From: Bacillota bacterium
GTDB taxonomy: Bacteria; Bacillota; Dehalobacteriia; UBA4068
DNA: 64,000 bases
Assembly (NCBI GenBank): GCA_031553915.1
Contig: JAVBKT010000001.1
Coordinates: 18,891 to 82,890, forward strand
Direction: 5' to 3'
Below the pieces are notes generated by a model, which did no database searches, had not been told where the DNA came from, and was given only the letters and a program-made list of their open reading frames with translations. Below are positions 18,861 to 28,312 of this stretch, one piece after another. Position 1 is the first letter of the stretch. Every line of letters begins with the position of its first letter. The position numbers and the translations under genes were made by a program.

Positions 18861-19286
18861 CTATTCATGGGCTTTTATTTTCATGGTCACAGTAGTACCG
18901 ACACCAAGCGTAGAAATAATTTCTATATCATCAGCGTATTTCTTCATATTAGGTATACCCATACCAGCGCCAAAACCTAAATCACGTACTGTTTGCGGTG
19001 CGGTCGAATAACCCTCTTCCCAAATCTTTTCCATATCAGCAATACCTGGGCCAGTATCTTTCATGATAATCTCGACACTTTCCGGATTAATATAAATATC
19101 AATTTCACCGCCTGAGGCATGAATAACCATATTGATTTCGCCCTCATACATACAAATAGAGGTTCTGCGAATCATTTCCGCATCAAAACCCAGCTTATGT
19201 AATACTTCTCTGACATCGCTGGAAGCTTCGCCCGCGGCAGTAAAATCATCTCCATCAACAAAATAATGAAGGTGTATTTTTTCCAT
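18861..19286 (-). CDS. anti-sigma-factor-like Ser/Thr kinase (RsbW/SpoIIAB-type HATPase)
   Basis: 141 aa with the HATPase_c motifs DTGPGI and GFGAGMG. Confidence 0.7.
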   Translation of the reverse strand: MEKIHLHYFVDGDDFTAAGEASSDVREVLHKLGFDAEMIRRTSICMYEGEINMVIHASGGEIDIYINPESVEIIMKDTGPGIADMEKIWEEGYSTAPQTVRDLGFGAGMGIPNMKKYADDIEIISTLGVGTTVTMKIKAHE

Positions 19287-19291
19287 TCGGC

Positions 19292-19636
19292 TCAGTCCCC
19301 CTCTGTCAGACCTTGCGCATACAGTTTCCCACAGGCAACATACATTGAGTATTTGGTGGCGAGAAGCACAATCCCTCTTTTGGCGGCTAATTCAATAAGC
19401 TGCTGCTCCGGCCTCTTTCCTCTCACAATAACAATACAGCACATGTCCATCATTTCTACTGTACGTACTACCTGGGGGTTGAGCAAACCAGTTAACAGGA
19501 TGCCTTGATGCTTGACAAAAGCCAGCACATCACTCATCAAATCAGCGCCACAAGCGGATGATACTTCCAAATCGAGCCGATCTTCTCCACATAATACTTG
19601 GGCCTCGAGAAAATCGCGCACATCCTTTATCCGCAT
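19292..19636 (-). CDS. DRTGG-domain protein
   Basis: 114 aa. Second DRTGG paralogue in the cluster. Confidence 0.6.
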   Translation of the reverse strand: MRIKDVRDFLEAQVLCGEDRLDLEVSSACGADLMSDVLAFVKHQGILLTGLLNPQVVRTVEMMDMCCIVIVRGKRPEQQLIELAAKRGIVLLATKYSMYVACGKLYAQGLTEGD

Positions 19637-19814
19637 ATAAAGCGTCCTCCTAATCTTTTGACAAAGTATTCAAACTATTGCAATCTCTATTATTATATCT
19701 GATAGTATTGATTTTGACAATAAGCTTTTATTTCCATAGCAGTATAATTCTTTTGCTATTAAACTTAATAAAAAAGAGGCTCTTATATCAGAACCTCTGC
19801 GCTTGCAGTCTTTT

Positions 19815-20729
19815 TTAATTAAATTCACCAATCATTTTCACTTCCGGCTCCAGCCGTATTCCCGAATATTCATAAATCTGCCGCTGCACCTCAGCAATCA
19901 AGTCATAAACGTCAGCAGCAGTGGCGCCGCCCAAATTGACAATAAAATTACCATGCTTTTCCGAAACAGCAGCATTGCCAATGCGCAAACCGCGCAATGA
20001 GGCCAGCTCTACCAGGCGTCCAGCATGGTCATTAGCCGGGTTGCGAAAAACACTGCCGCAGCTGGGGAATTCCAGTGGCTGTGCCAACAAACGCTTTTGC
20101 TGGTACATTTTCATCTTATTCATAACCTCTTCCCTATCCCCTTTTGGTAATACCAAAGTGATAGCGGTAATAACAGCATCCAGACGAAAAAGGCTGCTGT
20201 CGCGATAGGCAAACTCAATCTCATCTCCTGCCAAAACAAGCTTATCTCCATTATAAGCGATTGCTTCCACCGCAGTAACATAGTTGCCGATATTGCTGCC
20301 ATAAGCGCCGGCATTCATGCGTACCGCGCCGCCGACAGATCCGGGTATGCCCCGGGCAAATTCCAGCCCCGCAGCGCCGCGCTCCGCCGCCTCCAAAGAC
20401 AAGGTAGCCAGCAAAGTTCCTGCCTTGACGCTGACCTCCAGTTTCCGCCATTCACATCCGGCATAATTATCGCCCATTTTTATGACTACGCCGCGTATAC
20501 CCTGGTCTGAGACCAGTAAATTGGAGCCGTTGCCAATCACCAGCCAGGGCAGCTCCAACTCTTGAATCAGCGGCAATAATTTGCTCAATTCTGCTTCAGA
20601 TCCAGGAAAAACCATAATGTCAGCAGGTCCGCCAATTTTCCAGGTGGTGTGGGTAGCCATGGGCACATCAATCTCAACTTTTGCAGTTAAAACAGCCTGG
20701 AGTTTAGCCGCAATAGTAGATTTATCCAT
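19815..20729 (-). CDS. murB: UDP-N-acetylenolpyruvoylglucosamine reductase; ORF-track N-terminal extension trimmed to MDKSTIAAKLQ
   Basis: FAD-binding MurB fold with GGPAD and GNGSNLL motifs. Confidence 0.85.
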   Translation of the reverse strand: MDKSTIAAKLQAVLTAKVEIDVPMATHTTWKIGGPADIMVFPGSEAELSKLLPLIQELELPWLVIGNGSNLLVSDQGIRGVVIKMGDNYAGCEWRKLEVSVKAGTLLATLSLEAAERGAAGLEFARGIPGSVGGAVRMNAGAYGSNIGNYVTAVEAIAYNGDKLVLAGDEIEFAYRDSSLFRLDAVITAITLVLPKGDREEVMNKMKMYQQKRLLAQPLEFPSCGSVFRNPANDHAGRLVELASLRGLRIGNAAVSEKHGNFIVNLGGATAADVYDLIAEVQRQIYEYSGIRLEPEVKMIGEFN

Positions 20730-22098
20730 TACTTTGCTCCCTTCTGATAGCGGCAAATTTTTCCGAGACATTGCGAACATTGCCTGCGCCCATAATCAAT
20801 ACTGTGCCTTCGCCCTTAATATTATCTTGCAGATAAGCCAAAGTCGACTCCAAGCTATCAGCATAAGCCACCTGCCTGTGGCCAAAATCAGTCATTTTAT
20901 CAACGATCATTTTGGCGGACACACCAGGTATCGGCGGCTCAAATGCCGGGTAGATTTCACAAAGGACTACCTGATCCGCCTCCATCAGGGCTTCGGCGAA
21001 TTCAATATACATGCTTTTGGTCCTGCTATAACGGTGCGGTTGGAAGACAACAGTCATATTCTTGACTCCCTGCCCCCGCACCGCGTCGATGGTCTTCCTG
21101 ATTTCTGTTGGATGATGAGCATAGTCGTCAATAATGCTCAGGCCATTGAATTCACCCATTTTTTCCATCCTGCGTCCGGTACCGCTAAAATGAGCCAAAC
21201 CCTGGGCGCAAGTCTCAAAATCGAGACCCAGCGCTATGCCTACGGCAATGGCAGCCAAGGCATTGGCTATATTATGCCGTCCGGCAATCTGCAAGGCCAA
21301 GCGGCCCAATTTTTTACCTTTATAATAAATATCCGCAGAAATACCATTGCCCTGAATGATATTATCAGCGGTATAGTCAGCTTCTTCTTCAATGGCATAA
21401 CTAATATAATTGCCGGGAACGCTGTAGGCTAAATCCTTACATATAGGACAATCCGCGCAATAGACGGCAAAACCATCGCCCGGCACTTGCCGGAAATATT
21501 GCTCAAAGGCGACAATAATATCATTGAGATCAGAATAGAAATCAAGATGGTCAGCTTCAATATTGGTAACCACGGCAATTGTCGGATGCAATAATAAAAA
21601 GGTGCCGTCGCTTTCATCCGCCTCTGCCACCAGATATTGCCCCTGCCCTGCCTTGGCATTGCCTCCACCGATAGCAGGCAGCATGCCGCCAATAATAACT
21701 GTCGGGTCATATCCGGCACAATCCAGCATGGTCGCAATCATCGCCGAGGTGGTGGTTTTGCCATGCGCGCCGGCCACGCCAATGCTGATACGCGTGCTCA
21801 TCAGAAAAGCCAGCGCTTCCGCGCGTTTATATACCGACAAGCCGCGCCTTTTGGCTTCTATCATCTCCGGGTTATCACATTTAACAGCAGAGGAATAGAC
21901 CACAGCCTCTGCATCAGACGGGATATTCTTGGCTGCGTGTGAGTAACAAATCCGCGCTCCGGCCGCTTCCAATTCCTCTGTCAAATGTCTTTTATTAACA
22001 TCAGAGCCGCTGATGCGATACCCCATGTTGAGCATTATTTTGGCTATGGCGCTCATGCCAATGCCGCCAATACCGATAAAATGTAATTTATTTTCCAT
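20722..22098 (-). CDS. murC: UDP-N-acetylmuramate--L-alanine ligase
   Basis: 458 aa. Starts HFIGIGGIGMSAIA and has the Mur ligase GTNGKTTT P-loop. Confidence 0.9.
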   Translation of the reverse strand: MENKLHFIGIGGIGMSAIAKIMLNMGYRISGSDVNKRHLTEELEAAGARICYSHAAKNIPSDAEAVVYSSAVKCDNPEMIEAKRRGLSVYKRAEALAFLMSTRISIGVAGAHGKTTTSAMIATMLDCAGYDPTVIIGGMLPAIGGGNAKAGQGQYLVAEADESDGTFLLLHPTIAVVTNIEADHLDFYSDLNDIIVAFEQYFRQVPGDGFAVYCADCPICKDLAYSVPGNYISYAIEEEADYTADNIIQGNGISADIYYKGKKLGRLALQIAGRHNIANALAAIAVGIALGLDFETCAQGLAHFSGTGRRMEKMGEFNGLSIIDDYAHHPTEIRKTIDAVRGQGVKNMTVVFQPHRYSRTKSMYIEFAEALMEADQVVLCEIYPAFEPPIPGVSAKMIVDKMTDFGHRQVAYADSLESTLAYLQDNIKGEGTVLIMGAGNVRNVSEKFAAIRREQSNG

Positions 22099-22119
22099 TA
22101 TTTCCTCGATAACCTCATA

Positions 22120-23223
22120 CTATTGTTTTTTCGCTTTTGCTTCCGCTATATCCGCAATATCACTGGCTGCCTGGGTCTTGGCTAGGGAACGCGCGCCTTC
22201 TTGCATCCGCCACAGACGTTGCGGATTGTTTAATATTACAGGAACTGTTTGCGTGAGCCACGAGCCAGTGAGCTCGCTGTCTTTGACCACCAAGGCAGCG
22301 TCCGCCTCAAAAAAGGCCTCGGCATTAGCGCTCTGGTGATCGTTGGTTGCATGCGGATAGGGAACCAAAATCAGCGGTAAAGCCAACACCGCCGCTTCAG
22401 CCAGAAACGAGGCGCCTGATCTTGCCAAGGCTAAATTGGCTATGGCCAAAGCATATTCCATATTATCTAAATATGGCAAAAGATGCAAGTGCCTATTTGC
22501 AGGCGCTTTTTGTTTAAGCTCAAAAAAATTACTTTTGCCGCAGAGATGAATAATGCGGATATTCTGCGCTAACAGCTGTTGATAGGCTGCAAGCATAGCA
22601 TCGTTAAGCGTTTTGGCGCCTTGAGAGCCGCCGGTTATCAACAGCGTTGGCAGCTCGCGTTCTTCTTTGTCAATGCCAAAGTATTGATACGCCGCCTCCG
22701 GTACTGGTTTATTGCTCAAGTCCAAAATAGCTGTTCGTACCGGTAAGCCCGTATGATATGTTTTGTCAGGGCAAGCAAAATATTGCTTTGCCGCAGTAAA
22801 GGTCAGGCAAACTGCCTCCGCTTTTTTGGCTAGACGGCGGTTAGCCAGCCCCGGATAGGCGTTCTGTTCATGAATAATAGTAGGGACTTGGCTCCTTTGG
22901 CAGGCCAGCAATACCGGAGCTGTAACAAAGCCCCCTGTACCAATAGCAACATCGGGGGCAAATTCTGCAACGATCTTCTCCGCCTGATGCGTACCGCGCA
23001 AATTGGCAGCAAGATCACCTATAACCTTTAGTGATTTACGATGCAAAGGGGCGGTTTGCACCGCCTTAAAGATAAAGCCAAACTGTTCTGCCGCATCTTG
23101 CTCGGCAGAAGCAGGCCCGCCTATATATAGAACCTGATGATTTCTGGCTCTCAATTCCTCAGCAATCGCCAATGCGGGATAAATATGCCCGCCTGTGCCG
23201 CCGCCGGAGATGACAACCCGCAT
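22120..23223 (-). CDS. murG: undecaprenyldiphospho-muramoylpentapeptide beta-N-acetylglucosaminyltransferase; start moved to MRVVISGGGTGGH (GGGAGG RBS)
   Basis: GGTGGH N-terminal motif and a GT28 fold. Confidence 0.85.
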   Translation of the reverse strand: MRVVISGGGTGGHIYPALAIAEELRARNHQVLYIGGPASAEQDAAEQFGFIFKAVQTAPLHRKSLKVIGDLAANLRGTHQAEKIVAEFAPDVAIGTGGFVTAPVLLACQRSQVPTIIHEQNAYPGLANRRLAKKAEAVCLTFTAAKQYFACPDKTYHTGLPVRTAILDLSNKPVPEAAYQYFGIDKEERELPTLLITGGSQGAKTLNDAMLAAYQQLLAQNIRIIHLCGKSNFFELKQKAPANRHLHLLPYLDNMEYALAIANLALARSGASFLAEAAVLALPLILVPYPHATNDHQSANAEAFFEADAALVVKDSELTGSWLTQTVPVILNNPQRLWRMQEGARSLAKTQAASDIADIAEAKAKKQ

Positions 23224-23315
23224 AAAGCAGTCCTCCCTTTTGTGCAATATATATATTATACACATTTTATGGTTTCTTTCAAGGGAGGTGCTTGTCAAAT
23301 CAACGCATAATAACG

Positions 23316-24446
23316 CTACTTTTCGGCGTAGCAGGAAATATTCAACAACACCCCCACCATGGCGAGCGAGACCACCATTGATGTGCCGCCATAACTGACA
23401 AACGGCAAAGTCACCCCTGTCACCGGCAGCAGCCCTGTTGCCACACCTAGATTGATAAATGATTGCAGCGCAATGGAAACAATAATGCCTAAAGCGAGTA
23501 GCGAAGTATACATATCCGGCGCTTTAACTGAGACCATCAATCCGCGCCAGACGATAAAGGCTATCAACAAAACGACAAAGGTAGCGCCTAGAAAGCCTAA
23601 TTCTTCCCCGGTAATAGAAAAAATAAAATCCGTATGCCGGGCCGGTAAATACAACCATTTGGAGCCGCCTGCGCCCAATCCCACGCCATTTAAGCCGCCG
23701 GAGCCCAGAGCCATTAAGGATTGGCAGGTCTGCCAGCCTTCGTCATTGGCATAGGCCCAGGGGTTAAACCAGGCATAGATTCTCTCCATGCGGTAAGGTT
23801 CTATGAGAATCGCGCCGATAACAGCCACCACGCCGGCGCCGATTGTTCCCAGCAAATAGCGGGGGCGAATGCCAGCGCAAAACATCATAATAAAAGCTGT
23901 ACCAGCTACTACCATCGAAGATGATAGGTCCTTTTGCGCCAAAATCAAGCCGGCGGTAATGGCAGTTGCCGCTATCGTCGGCAAAAAGCCCACCTTAAAA
24001 GTACCAATCTCATCCTTATTCACTGACATCCAATGTGCTAAAGCCATAGGTAAGACTATTTTGGCAAATTCCGAGGGCTGAAACTGTTGACCAAAAACCT
24101 CCAGCCAACGCTCTGCGCCGCCAATGCTTTCGATCTGCTTAGAGATTACCATGAACACAAACACGCCTAATAGAACAATCAAGGCAGGGTAACTGAGTTT
24201 TTTGTATACGCGGATTTTCACCTTAAACATGAGGAACATTGCAATCAGGCCAATGCCCACATTACGCAGCTGTTCCTTGAAATATTTGTAGGCATCGCCA
24301 TAATCAAGCTTGGCAAAATATTGCGAGGAAGAAAAAACCATGATCACACCAATGGTCGTGAGTAATAACACCGCAATCAGCAGCCACCAGTCCGGTTGTA
24401 ATCTTTTTCTCTTTTCTGTTAAAATATTCCGCACTCTTTTGTTCAA
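23316..24446 (-). CDS. ftsW: FtsW/SpoVE (SEDS family) peptidoglycan polymerase
   Basis: 376 aa with 10 TM segments and SEDS motifs. Confidence 0.85.
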   Translation of the reverse strand: MNKRVRNILTEKRKRLQPDWWLLIAVLLLTTIGVIMVFSSSQYFAKLDYGDAYKYFKEQLRNVGIGLIAMFLMFKVKIRVYKKLSYPALIVLLGVFVFMVISKQIESIGGAERWLEVFGQQFQPSEFAKIVLPMALAHWMSVNKDEIGTFKVGFLPTIAATAITAGLILAQKDLSSSMVVAGTAFIMMFCAGIRPRYLLGTIGAGVVAVIGAILIEPYRMERIYAWFNPWAYANDEGWQTCQSLMALGSGGLNGVGLGAGGSKWLYLPARHTDFIFSITGEELGFLGATFVVLLIAFIVWRGLMVSVKAPDMYTSLLALGIIVSIALQSFINLGVATGLLPVTGVTLPFVSYGGTSMVVSLAMVGVLLNISCYAEK

Positions 24447-25793
24447 CTATTTCACCAATTCCTTAAATCTTTCTCCCCGTTCTTCAAAGCAATTGAAGCT
24501 ATCCCATGAGGCGCAAGCCGGCGATAAAATAACAACATCCCCGCTTTGGGCCTTGTCTTTAGCAAGAGCCACCGCATGATCAAAATCATTGGCGATCAGA
24601 TAGCTCTTATAGCCGACAGTGTCAGCAGCAGCTTTCAGCTCTGCTGTCGCTTCGCCAAAAATAATCGCCAGCTTGACTTTTGCCTTGACTAATTGCATCA
24701 GCTCGCTAAAATCGCTGCCTTTATTGCGTCCGCCGAGCAGAAGAATCATCGGCCGCTCATAGGCATTGATCGCCTGAAAGGTGCTGGCAGGGTTAGTACC
24801 CTTGGAATCATTGACATACAAAATGCCGTCCTTTTCGACTACATATTCCAGCCGGTGCGCCACACCCTTAAAGCTGATAATGGCTTCCGCAATTTTAGCC
24901 GGGTCAAGCTTGAGCGCTGCAGTGGCTAAAAAGGCGGCCATGGCATTCTGCACATTATGCCTGCCCTTGATAAATATCTGCGTGCTGTCAAAGCTAAATA
25001 CTTCTGCGCCATCCACTATATAGCGAAGTATTCCTTCCTCAAAGTATATGCCATTTTCCGGCGCACAATGCAGCGAAAACCAAAGTATCTTGGCTGAAAT
25101 ATTTTTTTCGACAGATCTAACCAGCGGGTCATCCCAATTCAAAACGGCAAAATCATTTTCATCCTGGTTGGCAAAGATTCGCTCTTTGGCTGTACCATAG
25201 TTTTCCATATCATAATGGCGGTCAAGATGGTCCGGGGTCAGGTTCAGATAAGCCGCTACTTTTGGCTTAAAAGTGATGCAGCTCTCCAATTGAAAGCTGG
25301 ATAATTCAGCAACAATATAGTCCCCCTTAAAATCCTCAACGCTATCAACCAAAGGCGTGCCGATATTGCCGCCCAGCAGAATATCCACGCCGCAATTTTG
25401 CAAAATATGCGCGGTTAGGGCTGTGGTGGTTGTTTTACCATTGGTCCCGGTAATGCCAATAAAAGGCGCTTTGGCCGCGGCATACGCCAGCTCAATTTCA
25501 CCAATAATTGCTACCCCGGCCTCGCGGCTGATATTGAGCAAAGGGATATGCAGCGGTACGCCAGGGCTTACCACCACCAGTTCCCAACTAATCTTCTCCG
25601 GAATCTCATTTTGCGGCAAAAGCTGAACGCCTTTTTTGACCAAAGCGCTGATCTCCGGTTTTTGCAGCAAAAGCTCCTTGCTTTTATTATCAGAAAGAAT
25701 GACATGGCTGCCCTGCTTTAATAAATAATGACAAGCAGCCAAGCCGCTCACACCACCGCCTACTACCAATATTGTTTTATCGGTATAATTCAT
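24447..25793 (-). CDS. murD: UDP-N-acetylmuramoylalanine--D-glutamate ligase; start trimmed to MNYTDKTILVVGGG
   Basis: GGGVSG Rossmann motif and GTNGKTTTT P-loop. Confidence 0.85.
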   Translation of the reverse strand: MNYTDKTILVVGGGVSGLAACHYLLKQGSHVILSDNKSKELLLQKPEISALVKKGVQLLPQNEIPEKISWELVVVSPGVPLHIPLLNISREAGVAIIGEIELAYAAAKAPFIGITGTNGKTTTTALTAHILQNCGVDILLGGNIGTPLVDSVEDFKGDYIVAELSSFQLESCITFKPKVAAYLNLTPDHLDRHYDMENYGTAKERIFANQDENDFAVLNWDDPLVRSVEKNISAKILWFSLHCAPENGIYFEEGILRYIVDGAEVFSFDSTQIFIKGRHNVQNAMAAFLATAALKLDPAKIAEAIISFKGVAHRLEYVVEKDGILYVNDSKGTNPASTFQAINAYERPMILLLGGRNKGSDFSELMQLVKAKVKLAIIFGEATAELKAAADTVGYKSYLIANDFDHAVALAKDKAQSGDVVILSPACASWDSFNCFEERGERFKELVK

Positions 25794-25810
25794 CCAGTAT
25801 CTCCCTTGTC

Positions 25811-26776
25811 TTAACTCCACAAGAACACAAATAATAACAAAGTTACCAGCATACAAGCAGCTGCGGCTAAACAAAACACAGTAGTAACTTTTGTTTCCCG
25901 CCAGCCCTTGAGCTCAAAATGATGATGCAAGGGCGCCATCAGCAAGAGGCGTTTCCCTGTCATTTTGAACCAAAAAACCTGCAACATTACTGAAATAGCC
26001 TCGGCCAGATAAACCAGTCCAAAGCCAATTAAAAGTATTTCCATATGCGAGATAACCGCCAGCCCGACAATGGCGCCGCCCAAAGACATGGAGCCGGTAT
26101 CGCCCATGAAAACCCGCGCCGGATAGCGGTTGTAGAACAAGAACCCTAAGCAAACGCCAGCCATAATGATGGCTATCTGTGGCAAACGGGCAAAGGCCGG
26201 ATATACTGATGCGATCACCATGCCGACAAAGACAAAGCCCGCAAAAGCAAAAATACTTACGCCTGAGGCCAGTCCATCTAAGCCGTCAGTGAGATTGACC
26301 GCATTGACCATACCCACCACAAACACCGCGGTCAGAGGATAATACAGCCAGCCGACTTCCAGCTGCAGGCCAAAAAAGTCATAGGCAGTGCCTCTGTCCA
26401 GCAGCGTTGCGTTCATAATCAAGAGGATTGCTACGGCGATGAATTGGGCGACCAGTTTCTGTTTGCCGGAGAGCCCTTTGTTATGATGATGCCGCAATTT
26501 AGTGAAATCATCTAAAAAGCCGATTAAGCCGAAACTAAGAAAAGAAAACAGCCATACCCAGAGCAAAGGCTGAGCATCTATCAAAAAGAGACAACAAATC
26601 AGCGCCGCGGCAATAAAAATCAACCCGCCCATGGTTGGTGTGCCTGCCTTGGCCAGATGCTTCTGGGGCCCATCCTCACGAATAGACTGTTTAACCTTCA
26701 TATTAATTAATAGTGGCAGCAGCACCAAACCCATAACAATTGTTAATAGCACTGCACCGATAAACAACAAGACCAT
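25811..26776 (-). CDS. mraY: phospho-N-acetylmuramoyl-pentapeptide transferase
   Basis: 321 aa polytopic membrane protein with the MraY motifs NAVNLTDGLDGLA and HHHFE. Confidence 0.9.
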   Translation of the reverse strand: MVLLFIGAVLLTIVMGLVLLPLLINMKVKQSIREDGPQKHLAKAGTPTMGGLIFIAAALICCLFLIDAQPLLWVWLFSFLSFGLIGFLDDFTKLRHHHNKGLSGKQKLVAQFIAVAILLIMNATLLDRGTAYDFFGLQLEVGWLYYPLTAVFVVGMVNAVNLTDGLDGLASGVSIFAFAGFVFVGMVIASVYPAFARLPQIAIIMAGVCLGFLFYNRYPARVFMGDTGSMSLGGAIVGLAVISHMEILLIGFGLVYLAEAISVMLQVFWFKMTGKRLLLMAPLHHHFELKGWRETKVTTVFCLAAAACMLVTLLLFVFLWS

Positions 26777-26807
26777 AGCGATTCCCCTTATTTATTCCCT
26801 TTGGTAA

Positions 26808-28295
26808 TTATGATTTTTGCAGTCTGAGCCGGATTATTTTTCTCGCCAGCTCTCTGTCATCAAAATGATGTTTTTGGTCGCCTATAATTTGATAATCTTC
26901 ATGCCCCTTGCCTGCCAGAACAACCATATCGCCCGGCATTGCCATGTTGATCGCCAATTCAATAGCGCGCTCCCGGTCCGCCTCCACCAGATAATTATTG
27001 CAGACGCTTTTAATCCCCGCCTCCACCTGGGCAATAATTTCATCCGGGTCTTCAAAACGCGGATTGTCCGAGGTAATCAGCGCCACATCACTGACTGCTC
27101 CGGCAATGCGTCCCATAATCGGTCTTTTGCCGGTATCACGGTTACCGCCACAGCCAAACACTGTCAGCAGACGCCGCGGTTTCAGCTGTTTGGCTGCACT
27201 GAGAAGGTTTTCCAGGCCATCGGGGGTATGGGCATAATCAACCACCACCATAAAATCCTGGCCTTCATCTATCAGCTCAAAACGGCCCGGAACCTGCGGC
27301 GCCTGGGCCAAGGCAGCAATAATATCCTCAATCCGGAAGCCTTCCGCCAAAGCAACTGTCATCGCTGCCATGGTGTTATAAATATTAAACTCGCCGATCA
27401 GCGGAATATTCACTTGATAATTTTTATTACGGAAAGCAATGCTATAGCTCATCCCGCGCGCGGAAGAGCTATAATGCAGTAATTTTACATCTATCTCACT
27501 ATCTCCTGTACCATAGGTCCAAACAGGTGATTCCGTGGCAGCGATAAATGTGTCCGCATGATCATCGGAAATATTGACAACTCCGTAACGGTTGCTGCCG
27601 GCTAGAGGCGAGAGCATACGGAATAGCTCTGCTTTACAATTGCCATAGTTTTCAATTGTGCCATGAAAATCAAGATGATCCTGAGTAAGATTGGTAAATA
27701 CCGCTCCGGCAAAATTGCAGGCGGAAACCCGGCCTTGTGCCAAAGCATGAGAGGACGCCTCAATAACCAAATAATCACAGCCTTTTTCTTCCATTAGTGC
27801 AAAAAGCTGGAACAGTTCCAATGATTCCGGCGTGGTGTGTGTGGCCGGCAGCACCTCTTGGCCAGCCATATTATTAATTGTGCCAACGAGGCCAACCTTA
27901 TGCCCGGCCGATTCCAGCAGCCATTTGATCATATTGGCGGTGGTAGTCTTGCCATTGGTGCCGGTCACGCCGATTAAGCGCAGGCGGCGATCCGGATAAT
28001 TATAAAATTTGGCGGAAATGGCCGCTAAGGCACGACGGCTGTCCGGGACAATAATCACGGGCTTGTCCCCGCTATCACAGCTGCGCTCACCAATAATAGC
28101 AGCCGCGCCGGCGCTGATGGCCTGATCAATAAAATTATGTCCGTCAAACTGGGCGCCGCTAATTGCCACAAAAACAAACCCCGGTTTCACCTTTCGTGAA
28201 TCATAGGCAATGCCGCCAATCTCAATATCTATTTTTCCTGAAACTTTTGTTTGTTTATCTAAAACATTAATCAGCTCAGCTAATTTCATCTGCAT
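26808..28295 (-). CDS. murE: UDP-MurNAc-tripeptide synthetase, meso-DAP-adding type (DNPR motif)
   Basis: 495 aa with a GTNGKTTT P-loop. The DNPR motif in TSDNPRFEDP indicates meso-DAP specificity. Confidence 0.9.
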   Translation of the reverse strand: MQMKLAELINVLDKQTKVSGKIDIEIGGIAYDSRKVKPGFVFVAISGAQFDGHNFIDQAISAGAAAIIGERSCDSGDKPVIIVPDSRRALAAISAKFYNYPDRRLRLIGVTGTNGKTTTANMIKWLLESAGHKVGLVGTINNMAGQEVLPATHTTPESLELFQLFALMEEKGCDYLVIEASSHALAQGRVSACNFAGAVFTNLTQDHLDFHGTIENYGNCKAELFRMLSPLAGSNRYGVVNISDDHADTFIAATESPVWTYGTGDSEIDVKLLHYSSSARGMSYSIAFRNKNYQVNIPLIGEFNIYNTMAAMTVALAEGFRIEDIIAALAQAPQVPGRFELIDEGQDFMVVVDYAHTPDGLENLLSAAKQLKPRRLLTVFGCGGNRDTGKRPIMGRIAGAVSDVALITSDNPRFEDPDEIIAQVEAGIKSVCNNYLVEADRERAIELAINMAMPGDMVVLAGKGHEDYQIIGDQKHHFDDRELARKIIRLRLQKS

Positions 28296-28312
28296 CCCCT
28301 CCTTGTTGCTGA

